DNA of 64,000 nucleotides from Planctomycetota bacterium (GCA_037439485.1 JBBIVY010000003.1:1452-65451), one strand, 5' to 3'. Counted from the stretch's first letter, positions 1 to 9,214 are shown. Program-made: numbers and translations. Notes: generated by a model from the letters alone, not told the origin.

Positions 1-1
1 A

Positions 2-160
2 AGGTACGCTTCGAAGGGCGGTATCGTGTGGGCCCCTGCCTATGCGATTTTCCTGAAGGATCAGAAGGTCTACGTGACCCGCTGGAAGGATTGGTGGGAA
101 GAGAACAAGGCCAAGTATATTAAGTCCAGCCAAGACAAGGTTCTCGCGCCGAAAGAATGA
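2..160 (+). CDS. 3' end of an unidentified gene (C-terminal fragment cut by window edge)
   Basis: Frame open from position 2 to TGA at 158-160 (translation ...GIVWAPAYAIFLKDQKVYVTRWKDWWEENKAKYIKSSQDKVLAPKE*); protein-like composition; no start codon inside window; family not recognised. Confidence 0.3.
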   Translation, partial: RYASKGGIVWAPAYAIFLKDQKVYVTRWKDWWEENKAKYIKSSQDKVLAPKE

Positions 161-566
161 TGCGCTCGATCAGTGAAGTCTCACACGTCCTCGCGAAGTG
201 ATTGTCGCCCCACCCCACCGGACACTCTTCGAGCGCCCCCCGACCAACACGACACACCGCTTACTTGGCATGAATATACACAGAGGGAGGCCCCGCTTAT
301 TTCTCCTTTCGCCATCCCGTTTGCCGGCCGGAGGGCAGGGCGCGGACGCGATGGCCGATAAGCGTTTCGATCTTGCTGATGAAACGGTCCGAGCCCAGAG
401 GTCGGCCGCGCGAAGTGTGGCGTCTCAGCGAGCCCACCTGCTTCGCGTCCAGTCCCGCCGCAAGCATCTTGCGCCAGTCGGCCGAGGACCATTCCTCTAG
501 TTTAAGATGAAGGCCATGGCCTTCGCGGGTGCGAGCCCTGTGGGGGAGGGCGTGTCCATGAGCAAG

Positions 567-597
567 GCGGGCCGGAAGCTTGTCGCTTCCGGCCCGC
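567..597. terminator. perfect 13-bp-stem hairpin between convergent genes (possible bidirectional terminator)
   Basis: GCGGGCCGGAAGC-ttgtc-GCTTCCGGCCCGC; sits between + strand fragment ending 160 and - strand gene ending 661; no clear U-tract so weak. Confidence 0.25.
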
Positions 598-660
598 ATG
601 GGACATGGTTACGTCAATCGCCCCCGGAGCGCCCTCATGCGCTCCGGGGTGCCAGGAGCA

Positions 661-3600
661 TCAGTTGCCGAGCTTCACATCGGTGACGAGCCCCACGTCG
701 GTGTTGTTGCCGCCGATCTGCACTCGGGGAGCAAGCCTCGTAATCCAATCGCCCGCCACGGGCGCCGACGTGCGGGCTCCGGGCGTCGCCCCGTGGGATG
801 CCCACGGGTAGTTCACGTACGAGGAGTTGGAGAACAGGTCCCACGTGACGGTGGCCGACGAGCCCGCAGCCACCGAAGACGTGGTCCGGGTGACCAACTT
901 GCCGTCCTCATCGCCGCCGGACGTCGCGCTGGAGTAGCGGGGAGAGTAAGTCTGGTTGCTCTGCCCGCCGGGCAGGTCCAGTTGTTCCACCCAGACCTGG
1001 AAGACGTGGGCCGACGTGTCGTTGTTGTACACGGTGATCGACAGGGTCCCACGGGCCGAAGTGATCTGAACGGCGTTATTCAGCCAGGTGGCGTTGTTGC
1101 CGGTGAGGATCGTCTTGCCATAGTAGTCATACAGATACGTCTTGCCACCGACCGTCGTGGTCGAACCGCGTTCGAGGGTCCAGGCGGTGTTGGCCACGTC
1201 ATCGGTCCTGTCCTGCCGGTCCATGAAGGTCTTGCCGCTGCCGTCCTCGCCCGTGGCGAACGCGGCCGTGGTGCCGTTGAAGATGTAGACGCCCGGCGGG
1301 GCCGGAGTCGTGGCGTTGTCCTCGTTGGAATAGGACGAGTTCGTCCCGTCGGAGTTGCGCGCGCGGACGCGGTAGAAGTACGTCGTCGAGCCCGAGCAGG
1401 TGGTGTCGGAATACGTCGTCACGTCGGCGTTGACCGTGCCGATTTCCGAATAGGTGCCGCCGGAGCCGGTCTTGCGCTCGATGCGGAAGGTGCTCTCGTC
1501 GGTGGAGTAATCCAGCCAGGACAGATTGATCTGGTTGTAAGCGGCGGCCGTGGCCTTGAGCTTGGCCGGCGCGGCCGGAGTGCCCAGCTTGCTGACCTTC
1601 ATCATGATCATCGCCTCGGCCTGACGGAGGCTGAAGCTGGTTACGGCATTGCCGGCCGGCATGCCGTTGGAGAACAGTTGCTTCCAGGTTTCGCCGCCGG
1701 GCAGGTTGACGGTCACGGCCGTGCTGTCATCAAAGTACTGAGGAGTGTCCCAGCCCTGGCTGGGGCGATAAAGGACCAGGGCCTTGTCGAAATCGCGGGC
1801 GTAGACGGTGTAGCCACGGCCGCGCGGGTCCGTGCCGGTCTGATACGTGTACCGCGCCGCCTGTGGAGCGCCCACGTTGACTTCGATGGCCTTAATCCAC
1901 TGGGGGGGATCAAACGGAGTATCGATGAAGTAGGTGAACGCCATCTTGGTGCAAGGAGTCGGCACGGCCATGTAGTAGCTGGCCAGTTCGGCCATGCGCA
2001 TGCGGCCGTACTGGTTGATCTCGTTTCCTGCGGGGAAATCGGTCATGCCGACGATGGCCCCATAGGTATAGGGACTCACGGCTTCAACAATGGCTGCCCC
2101 TCCGGCCACGCACCCCTCCTGGAAGGTCCACACTGTGGGTTGGGATGATGCCCAGCGCGGATCGTCCGACAACTCCATATGGGTGCCGCCGGCGGCGAGC
2201 ACGCAACGCTTGTCCAGGTCCGCCGTGTACTGGGAGGTGTTGATCTGGAGTATCTTGCCCAGCGACACGTGCAGGGCGGACAACAGGGACACTTCGTCGT
2301 TTTCCAGATTTGTCAGCACGGGATATTCATCGCTGCCGGCGTAGCTGTCTATTTCGCTCGACCCGTACTCATCGATGAACTCGAAGTCGTCATTGGCGGC
2401 GAAACGCCCGAGACGGTCCTTGTCATAGGCAATCAGGCCCGGATCGCCCGGATTCATGATCCAGCGATCGGAACCCCAGATCGTCTTCGTCATCCGCGCT
2501 CCGCTCTTATGCAGGAAGGCGTTTTCAAGGGTGTACTGCGGATGGGCGGCGTACCACGTCTGCATGTCGGGATAGTACGAGCCCGAGAGATCGTTGCCCG
2601 CCTGTATCACCGTCAGAATCAGGGCGTACTGGGACCACATGATATTCGCATTGCGGGTGTGATACGCGGTCCTGCCGTTTCCGTCAAAGACCCAGTCGTA
2701 ATGGCCGGCGAGCCAGTCATACTCGGCGGACGGCCGGTCATGCGCGTCGTCCACCAGTTCCATGACGATATGATGCGAGTGAGGCACGGTGCCCGTGCTG
2801 TAATCATAGAAGTTGGCCGTCGTCGCCGTATAGGTCGTGGCGTTGGCCTCATTGGAATAAGACGAGTCCCCGCTGGAGTTGCGCGCGCGGACGCGATAGT
2901 AGTACGTCGTCGCGCCCGAGCAGGTGTTGTCGGAATACTCCTGCATATCGGAGCCGGTCGTGCCGATTTCCGAATAGGTGCCGCCGGAGCCGGTCTTGCG
3001 CTCGATGCGGAAGGTGCTCTCGTTATTGGAGTTGTCCTTCCAGCGCAAATTGACCTGAGTGGCGCCGGCAGCCGTGGCCGTGAGGTTGGTCGGCGCCGCC
3101 GGAGTGCCGCTGGTGCTGTTGAGCTGCACATCGGTGATCGGTCCCGCGCCGGTGTTACTGCCGGGGAGATACACTCGGACGCAGAACCTCGACAACCAGT
3201 CGCCCGCAACCGGAACGCGGCGGGTTCCCCCATTATGCGCCGACATAGGCAGAGTCGCCCAGGAGTTGGTGTCGAACAGGTCCCATGTGAATGTTTGAGA
3301 CTCACCAGGATTCAATAGAGCCGACGTCTTCGTGATCAACTGGCCGTCATCGTAAGTCGTGGTAGAGTAGCGAGGGGAGTAGGTCGGGTTGCTTTGCGCA
3401 GCGGGGTAGGCGGTCTGGTTAACGTAGATCAGGAAATTGACCCCCGTCGTGCCGTTGTTATAAACCGTGATGGACAGGCCCCGACGGGCCGAGGTGACCT
3501 GAATGGCGTTCTTGAGCCATGTGCCGGAGACGTCGGCGAGGGTCACGTAGCCGTCGGCGGCATACAGGTACTTCTTGCTTCCGATTGTAATGATCGAGCC

Positions 3601-3795
3601 CTGCGTGACGGTCCAGGTGGTGTTGGCCACGTCATCGGTTATGTCCTGTCTGTCCTGAAAGGTCTTGCCGCTGCCGTCCTCCCCGGTGATCAACGCACCA
3701 CTGGTGCCGTTAAAGATAGAATCCCCCCATCCCGTCGCGCACGCCACGGATACCAGCGCCATAACGGCCACCCGCATCACCCCTGTCGTCCTCAT
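661..3795 (-). CDS. large secreted multidomain protein (1044 aa) with signal peptide, two fibronectin type III repeats, a duplicated ~220-aa beta-sandwich-like module at both termini and a central hydrolase-like domain
   Basis: ORF track; N-terminus MRTTGVMRVAVMALVSVACATG (signal peptide); FN3 signatures NLTATAAGATQVNLRWKDNSNNESTFRIERK...YYYRVRARNSSG and AKLKATAAAYNQINLSWLDYSTDESTFRIERK...YFYRVRARNSDG; terminal blocks share GEDGSGKTF.DRQD.TDDVANT.WT / YSPRYS / TWDLF; SD AAGGGGG 7 nt upstream of ATG. Confidence 0.8.
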   Translation of the reverse strand: MRTTGVMRVAVMALVSVACATGWGDSIFNGTSGALITGEDGSGKTFQDRQDITDDVANTTWTVTQGSIITIGSKKYLYAADGYVTLADVSGTWLKNAIQVTSARRGLSITVYNNGTTGVNFLIYVNQTAYPAAQSNPTYSPRYSTTTYDDGQLITKTSALLNPGESQTFTWDLFDTNSWATLPMSAHNGGTRRVPVAGDWLSRFCVRVYLPGSNTGAGPITDVQLNSTSGTPAAPTNLTATAAGATQVNLRWKDNSNNESTFRIERKTGSGGTYSEIGTTGSDMQEYSDNTCSGATTYYYRVRARNSSGDSSYSNEANATTYTATTANFYDYSTGTVPHSHHIVMELVDDAHDRPSAEYDWLAGHYDWVFDGNGRTAYHTRNANIMWSQYALILTVIQAGNDLSGSYYPDMQTWYAAHPQYTLENAFLHKSGARMTKTIWGSDRWIMNPGDPGLIAYDKDRLGRFAANDDFEFIDEYGSSEIDSYAGSDEYPVLTNLENDEVSLLSALHVSLGKILQINTSQYTADLDKRCVLAAGGTHMELSDDPRWASSQPTVWTFQEGCVAGGAAIVEAVSPYTYGAIVGMTDFPAGNEINQYGRMRMAELASYYMAVPTPCTKMAFTYFIDTPFDPPQWIKAIEVNVGAPQAARYTYQTGTDPRGRGYTVYARDFDKALVLYRPSQGWDTPQYFDDSTAVTVNLPGGETWKQLFSNGMPAGNAVTSFSLRQAEAMIMMKVSKLGTPAAPAKLKATAAAYNQINLSWLDYSTDESTFRIERKTGSGGTYSEIGTVNADVTTYSDTTCSGSTTYFYRVRARNSDGTNSSYSNEDNATTPAPPGVYIFNGTTAAFATGEDGSGKTFMDRQDRTDDVANTAWTLERGSTTTVGGKTYLYDYYGKTILTGNNATWLNNAVQITSARGTLSITVYNNDTSAHVFQVWVEQLDLPGGQSNQTYSPRYSSATSGGDEDGKLVTRTTSSVAAGSSATVTWDLFSNSSYVNYPWASHGATPGARTSAPVAGDWITRLAPRVQIGGNNTDVGLVTDVKLGN

Positions 3796-3966
3796 TACAC
3801 GCCCCCTTAGAAAGGTAGAAAGCCAACAACATGCACGTGGAACATCATTAGCGTATCCCTGACATCGTCTCCAGGCCGGGACCTGCCGGGACCTCGGCCC
3901 CGCTCCAGCGAGTGCAGCATCACATATCGATGCGCCACACTGAGCATGAATGCGCGCTTCACAAAC

Positions 3967-3989
3967 CGGCGCATCTTAAAAAGATGCGC
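3967..3989. promoter_or_regulatory. perfect 10-bp-arm palindrome in divergent AT-richer intergenic region (candidate operator)
   Basis: GGCGCATCTT-aaaa-AGATGCGCC; ATGCGCC motif occurs a third time 25 bp upstream; located between divergently transcribed 661-3795(-) and esterase 4339(+). Confidence 0.3.
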
Positions 3990-4338
3990 CGAAATCAAAA
4001 CTACACTATGTGCAGCAAAACCCGTGCCAATCGGCGGCCCCGGCCGCGTTTTTTCAGGCCCCGTGGCCGTAATCAGTTGTGGGCGGCAGAGTTGCGTCGT
4101 ATGAAGAATATTGTCCATGCGAGTATCCACATCATTCGCGGTGTGCGGATTTCTCAACACGGGGAGGCGAGTCCGGCGTCTGTCGTTCGCAGGGAGTGCG
4201 GCGGGGTTCCGGGGGCGGGAAGTCCGAGGCTGGACGGCGGGCTTTTCTGGTGGCGGGGGCTCGGGGCGCGAGATACAATCTCGGGCGATGTCATCCCCGG
4301 CGCGGGGGAGGGGGAGGAAACAGGATCGGAGGATCGGA

Positions 4339-5079
4339 ATGGCCTTCTGCGAGGTGAGTTTCTGGGGCGGGGCGGTCGGGAAGCAGTGCTCGATGAACGT
4401 CATCCTGCCGGAGTCCGACAAGGTGAAGCCGCCGTACGGGCTCCTGATTCAGCTTCACGGGCTTTCGGACGATCATTCGATCTGGGCCCGGCGCACGAGC
4501 CTCGACCGCTATGTTGCGGGGCGGCCGCTGGTCGTCGTGATGCCCGACGGCGGGCGGAGCTTCTACTGCGACGCGGTGGCCGGGCCGGCCTACGAGCGGC
4601 ACATCATGAAGGACGTGCTGGGCTTCGTGGAGAAGAACTTCCCCGTGCGGCGTGACCGTCGGGCGCGGGCGATCGGCGGGCTTTCGATGGGCGGGTACGG
4701 CGCCATGAAGCTCGCCCTCAAGTTCCCGGGCGTCTTCGCGAGCGTCGCGTGCCATTCGAGCGCGTTCGATTTCGGCCACGCGCCGAAGTGCTGGGACAAC
4801 GAGGAGTGGACGCGCATCCTGGGCGCCGCCGTGCCGGGCGGAAAGGACGATGTCTACGCCGCCGCGGAGAAGATCGACCGGCGCAAGGCCCCCGCGATCC
4901 GCTTCGACTGCGGCACGGACGACGGGCTCCTCGGATCGAGCCGCAGCTTCCACGCGCATCTGAAGAAGCTCGGCATCAAGCACGAGTACCGCGAGTTCCC
5001 CGGCAATCACAACTGGGCCTTCTGGGACGAGCATGTGCAGGAGGCGATCAAGTTCCACATGAAACACCTCGACGTGTGA
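4339..5079 (+). CDS. esterase-D / putative-esterase family alpha/beta hydrolase (S-formylglutathione-hydrolase-like)
   Basis: ORF 4111-5079 trimmed to ATG 4339 (MAFCEVSFWGG...), which aligns with start of paralog at 5156 and has SD GGAGGATCGG upstream; motifs LHGLSDDH, GLSMGGYGA (GxSxG), HEYREFPGNHNWAFW. Confidence 0.85.
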   Translation: MAFCEVSFWGGAVGKQCSMNVILPESDKVKPPYGLLIQLHGLSDDHSIWARRTSLDRYVAGRPLVVVMPDGGRSFYCDAVAGPAYERHIMKDVLGFVEKNFPVRRDRRARAIGGLSMGGYGAMKLALKFPGVFASVACHSSAFDFGHAPKCWDNEEWTRILGAAVPGGKDDVYAAAEKIDRRKAPAIRFDCGTDDGLLGSSRSFHAHLKKLGIKHEYREFPGNHNWAFWDEHVQEAIKFHMKHLDV

Positions 5080-5155
5080 TTGTGCGACGCGCGAGGGCGG
5101 CCTCGTGATGACGCGCTGAGGGACCCGAAAGCACGGAACGAACAGGAGGATTGCC

Positions 5156-5869
5156 ATGGCTTTCTGCACGATGCAGTTCTGGGGCGCCGCGCTCAAGAAG
5201 CAGTGCTCGATGAACGTGATCCTGCCGGAATCGGAGAAGTTCAAGCCGCCTTACTGCCTGCTCATCCAGCTTCACGGAATGAGCGACGACCACACGATCT
5301 GGCTGCGCCGGACGAACATCGAGCGATACGTCTCGGAGCTGCCGCTGGTGGTGGTGATGCCCGACGGCGCCCGGGGCATTTACTGCGACACGGTGCTCGG
5401 GGCGTATGAGAGGCACATCATGGAGGACGTGCTGGGGTTCGCCGAGAAGTATTTCCCCGTGCGCCGGGACCGGATGGGCCGAGCGATCGGCGGGTTGTCG
5501 ATGGGCGGGTACGGGTCGATGAAGCTGGCGCTGAAGTACCCGCAGAAGTTCGCGAGCATCGTCAGCCATTCGGGCGGGTTCCGGGTTCCCGATCCGACGA
5601 AGGTCGGCACGCCCGACCAGCCCGTCATCCACCGGGACGACGTCTACGACATCGCGGCGAAGCTCGACGTGCGCAAGGCCCCCGCGATCCGGCTCGATTG
5701 CGGGAAAGACGACTTCCTCATCGACGCCAACCGCGGCTTCCACCGCCACCTCGTGAAGCTCGGCATCAAGCACGAGTACCGCGAGTACCCCGGCGCCCAC
5801 GAATGGTCCTACTGGGACGAGCACGTGCAGCAGGCGCTCAAGTTCCACATGAAGCACCTGAAGGTCTGA
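5156..5869 (+). CDS. esterase-D / putative-esterase family alpha/beta hydrolase, tandem paralog
   Basis: 237-aa ORF, ~65% identical over its length to upstream gene (MAFCTMQFWGAALKKQCSMNVILPESEKFKPPY..., GLSMGGYGS); SD AGGAGGA before ATG. Confidence 0.85.
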   Translation: MAFCTMQFWGAALKKQCSMNVILPESEKFKPPYCLLIQLHGMSDDHTIWLRRTNIERYVSELPLVVVMPDGARGIYCDTVLGAYERHIMEDVLGFAEKYFPVRRDRMGRAIGGLSMGGYGSMKLALKYPQKFASIVSHSGGFRVPDPTKVGTPDQPVIHRDDVYDIAAKLDVRKAPAIRLDCGKDDFLIDANRGFHRHLVKLGIKHEYREYPGAHEWSYWDEHVQQALKFHMKHLKV

Positions 5870-5895
5870 ACGCGCCGGGAAAGCGTGTCAATGAA

Positions 5896-5929
5896 AAGGG
5901 CCGTCCCGAATGAACCCGGGACGGCCCTT
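5896..5929 (-). terminator. intrinsic terminator downstream of ppdK (13-bp perfect stem), possibly bidirectional
   Basis: AAGGGCCGTCCCG-aatgaac-CGGGACGGCCCTT followed on - strand by TTTTCATT; lies between convergent esterase (+) and ppdK (-). Confidence 0.6.
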
Positions 5930-5958
5930 GGCTTATGGCTGCGCGTTGCGGCAACCGG

Positions 5959-8697
5959 CTACTTCTTCGCCTTCTTCGCGGCCTGTTCGACGACGGCCTG
6001 GGCCGCGGCGAGGCGGGCGATCGGGACGCGGAACGGGGAGCAGCTCACGTAGTTCATGCCGACCTTGTGGCAGAACTTGACGGAGCTCGGCTCGCCGCCG
6101 TGCTCGCCGCAGATGCCGACCTTGAGCTTCGGACGGACTGCGCGGCCGCGTTCGATGCCCATCCGGATCAGCTCGCCGACGCCGAGTTGGTCGAGGATCT
6201 GGAACGGGTCGTCGGGCAGGATCTTCTTCTCGATGTAATCGGGCACGAACGCCCCGATGTCGTCGCGGGAGAACCCGAACGTCATCTGGGTGAGGTCGTT
6301 GGTGCCGAAGGAGAAGAACTCCGCCGGGCCCGCGAAGTCCCCGGCGCGCAGCGCCGCGCGCGGGATCTCGATCATCGTGCCCACCATGTGCGGGATGGCC
6401 TTCATCTTGTATTTCGCGGCCACCTCGTCATGCACCCGCTTGATGATCGCGGCCTGGTGCTCGATCTCCTTCACCTCGCAGGTGACGGGGATCATGATCT
6501 CGGGCGTCATTTTCTTGCCGGCCTGGATGATCTCGGCCGCCGATTCGAAGATCGCCCGCACCCACGTCTCGCTGATTTCCGGATAGGTCACGCCGAGGCG
6601 CACGCCGCGGTGTCCCATCATCGGGTTGGTCTCATGCAGCCCGTCGGCGCGCGCGGCGAAGTCTTCCATCGTGATGCCCAGCGACGCGGCCAGGCGCTGC
6701 CGCTCGTCCTCGCGCTGCGGCACGAACTCGTGCAGCGGCGGGTCCAGCAGGCGGATGGTGACCGGGAACCCGGCCATCGCCTCGAGCGTCGCCTTGATGT
6801 CGCCCTTGATGTGCGGATACAGCTCGTCGAGGGCCTTCTTGCGCTCGCCCAGCGTGGTCGAGAGGATCATCTTGCGCAGCTTGAAGAGGGGCTCCTCCGC
6901 TCCCTTGCCGTAGAACATGTGCTCCGTGCGGAAGAGGCCAATGCCCTCCGCGCCGAACGCCCGCGCCTTCGCCGCGTCCGCCGGCGTGTCCGCGTTCGCC
7001 CGCACGCCCAGCTTCCGCACCGCGTCGCACAGCTTCATGAACGCCGTGAAGTCCGGGTTCTCCTCGCTGCCGACGACCATCGGGAGTTGCCCGGCGTAGA
7101 CCACGCCCTTCGTGCCGTTGAGGGAGATCCAGTCGCCTTCCTTGACGGCGTGCTCGCCCATGATGACGTGCTTGTGCGCGACGTCGACCTCGATGCCGCC
7201 GGCGCCGACGATGCAGCACTTGCCCCAGCCGCGGGCCACGAGCGCCGCATGGCTCGTCATGCCGCCGCGGGCCGTGAGGATGCCCTGCGCCGCGCGCATT
7301 CCTTCCACGTCCTCGGGGTTCGTCTCCTCGCGCACGAGAATCACCTTCTTGCCCGTCTTCGCCCACGCCACCGCGTCCGACGCCGTGAAGACCACCTGGC
7401 CGCAGGCGCCGCCCGGACCGGCCGGCAGGCCCTTGGCGACGACCGTCGTCTTCTTCTCGGCGGCCGGGTCGAGGATCGGGTGTAAGAGCTCGTCGAGCTG
7501 GCTCGGCGTCACGCGCGTGACGGCCTCGTCCTTCGTGATGAGCTTTTCCTTCGTCATCTCCACGGCCATGCGCACGGCGGCGGGGCCGTTGCGCTTGCCG
7601 GAGCGCGTCTGAAGCATCCAGAGGCGGCCTTCCTGGATGGTGAACTCGATGTCCTGCATGTCGTGATAGCTCTTCTCGAGCCGCGCGCGGATGGCGGCGA
7701 GTTCCTTATACGTCGCCGGCATCGCCTTCTCGAGGGAGAGGAGGTGCTCGGTGCCGGAGGGCCGCGTCGCCTCGTTCAGCGGGTTCGGCGTGCGGATGCC
7801 CGCGACGACGTCCTCGCCCTGCGCGTTCGCCAGCCACTCGCCGTAGAACTTGTTCTCGCCCGTCGCCGGGTTGCGCGTGAACGCCACGCCCGTCGCCGAG
7901 GTGTTGCCCATGTTGCCGAACACCATCGCCTGCACGTTGACCGCGGTGCCCCATTCGTCCGGGATGCCCTCGATCCAGCGGTAGGAGATGGCGCGCCGGC
8001 CGTTCCACGACTGGAACACGGCGGCGACGCCGCCCCAGAGCTGCTCCCACGAGTTGTCGGGGAAGGGCTTGCCGAGCACTTCCTGGATCTTGGCCTTGTA
8101 GGCGGCGACGAGGTTCTGCAGGTCCTCGACGGTGAGGTCGGTGTCGGTCTTGTAGCCCTTGGCGGTCTTGATCTTCTGCATCTCGCGCTCGAGCTGCTGG
8201 CGGACGCCTTGGCCCTCGGCGGGCTCGATGCCGGCGGCCTTCTCCATGACGACGTCGGAATACATCTGCATGAGCCGACGGTAGGCGTCGTAGACGAAGC
8301 GCGGGTTCTGTGTCTTGGCGATGAGGCCGGGGATCGTTTTGGAGGTGAGGCCGATGTTGAGGACGGTTTCCATCATGCCGGGCATCGACTTGCGCGCGCC
8401 GGAACGACACGACACGAGCAGGGGATTGGTCGGGTCGTCGAACTTCGCGCCCATGACCTTCTCGACGTGGGTCATCGCCTTGGTGACGTCGGCCTTCAGC
8501 TCGGCGGAGAACTTGCCGCGTTCCTTGAGGTAGAGGTTGCACATCTCGGTGGAGATGGTGAACCCGGCCGGCACCGGGATGCCGAACTTGGCCATGTCGG
8601 CCAGGCCGCATCCCTTGCCGCCCAGGATGTTCCTCATCGACCCGTCGCCCTCGGCCTTGCCGCCGCCGAAGATGAACACGTACTTTTTCTTGGCCAT
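5959..8697 (-). CDS. ppdK: pyruvate, phosphate dikinase
   Basis: ORF 5959-8811 trimmed to ATG 8697 (MAKKKYVFIFGGGKAEGDGSMRNILGGKGCGLADMAKFGIPVPAGFTISTEMC... ) matching canonical PPDK N-terminus; phosphohistidine region GGMTSHAALVARGWGKCCIVG; C-terminal PEP-utilizer domain; ~913 aa. Confidence 0.95.
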   Translation of the reverse strand: MAKKKYVFIFGGGKAEGDGSMRNILGGKGCGLADMAKFGIPVPAGFTISTEMCNLYLKERGKFSAELKADVTKAMTHVEKVMGAKFDDPTNPLLVSCRSGARKSMPGMMETVLNIGLTSKTIPGLIAKTQNPRFVYDAYRRLMQMYSDVVMEKAAGIEPAEGQGVRQQLEREMQKIKTAKGYKTDTDLTVEDLQNLVAAYKAKIQEVLGKPFPDNSWEQLWGGVAAVFQSWNGRRAISYRWIEGIPDEWGTAVNVQAMVFGNMGNTSATGVAFTRNPATGENKFYGEWLANAQGEDVVAGIRTPNPLNEATRPSGTEHLLSLEKAMPATYKELAAIRARLEKSYHDMQDIEFTIQEGRLWMLQTRSGKRNGPAAVRMAVEMTKEKLITKDEAVTRVTPSQLDELLHPILDPAAEKKTTVVAKGLPAGPGGACGQVVFTASDAVAWAKTGKKVILVREETNPEDVEGMRAAQGILTARGGMTSHAALVARGWGKCCIVGAGGIEVDVAHKHVIMGEHAVKEGDWISLNGTKGVVYAGQLPMVVGSEENPDFTAFMKLCDAVRKLGVRANADTPADAAKARAFGAEGIGLFRTEHMFYGKGAEEPLFKLRKMILSTTLGERKKALDELYPHIKGDIKATLEAMAGFPVTIRLLDPPLHEFVPQREDERQRLAASLGITMEDFAARADGLHETNPMMGHRGVRLGVTYPEISETWVRAIFESAAEIIQAGKKMTPEIMIPVTCEVKEIEHQAAIIKRVHDEVAAKYKMKAIPHMVGTMIEIPRAALRAGDFAGPAEFFSFGTNDLTQMTFGFSRDDIGAFVPDYIEKKILPDDPFQILDQLGVGELIRMGIERGRAVRPKLKVGICGEHGGEPSSVKFCHKVGMNYVSCSPFRVPIARLAAAQAVVEQAAKKAKK

Positions 8698-8724
8698 CGG
8701 ATGCCTCCATAATGGGGGGTGTCT

Positions 8725-8750
8725 TGTAGGACAGGCATTCTTGCCTGTCC
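8725..8750. repeat. REP-like element: TGTAGG + imperfect palindrome GACAGGCATTCTTGCCTGTC (family 1)
   Basis: Palindrome recurs at ~61546-61565, ~61574-61593, ~62155-62174, variants at ~62128-62145 and 36770-36789; conserved GTAG tetranucleotide as in RAYT-associated REPs; in 5' leader of ppdK. Confidence 0.6.
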
Positions 8751-9075
8751 GGTCTCTCGGAAGGGTATTCCGAAACATCCCGATTGTATCGACGCTCCGC
8801 CGGAGTGTCAACGCCGTTTTCCGCCGCCCGGCCGCCGTTTTTTCCGCGAATGCCCTTGCCTTCCGCGTGTCCCGCGGGTTGTGTGAAACCTCCCTTTGTC
8901 ACTAAACCTCTCAAGCTGTTGAATGCATTTTTGCGCTGATAATCTCTACAATCACTGAATCCGCGAACTAATGGCTCCCTTGGTGTTTCTTGGGTGGGCA
9001 GTCGAGTGGATGCGGTCCGAGACGGCCTTCGGAGAAGGGACCAAACAGCGGAATCAGGAAATCCCGTAACGTCGG

Positions 9076-9105
9076 CTTGACAGGAGAGGTAGAGGGGCGA
9101 TAGAA
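9076..9105 (+). promoter_or_regulatory. candidate sigma70-type promoter of the pilus operon
   Basis: TTGACA (9076-9081) - 18 nt - TAGAAT (9100-9105), ~135 nt upstream of pilB start. Confidence 0.5.
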
Positions 9106-9138
9106 TACAATGGTTCAGGCGGGACGGATGCTTCGTTC

Positions 9139-9214
9139 GTAGGGGCACGGCATGCCGTGCCCGGTCTTTGTTCCATTGGCAGAGAAACGCGGGCACGGCA
9201 TGCCGTGCCCCTAC
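9139..9214 (+). promoter_or_regulatory. twin perfect 20-bp palindromes in pilB leader (GTAG-palindrome ... palindrome-CTAC)
   Basis: GGGCACGGCATGCCGTGCCC at 9144-9163 and 9191-9210, 27 nt apart, flanked by cGTAGg (9139-9142) and cCTACa (9211-9214); between candidate promoter and pilB ATG; operator, attenuator or REP pair. Confidence 0.5.

Noticed and set aside
173-600. Short overlapping ORFs on both strands in the 160-660 gap (e.g. 198-500 +, 297-599 -)
   Set aside because: Mutually overlapping, no SD, no recognisable domains; may be a degraded remnant but not supportable as a gene
580-3318. Long + strand ORFs (580-2148, 2179-3318) overlapping the 661-3795 gene
   Set aside because: Antisense to a gene with clear domain signatures and signal peptide; products are Arg/Gly/Ala-rich low-complexity strings typical of stop-codon-poor frames in high-GC DNA
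4111-4338. N-terminal 76-codon extension of the first esterase ORF (start 4111)
   Set aside because: Extension is Arg/Gly-rich, has no SD, and the paralog begins at the equivalent of ATG 4339 which has a good SD
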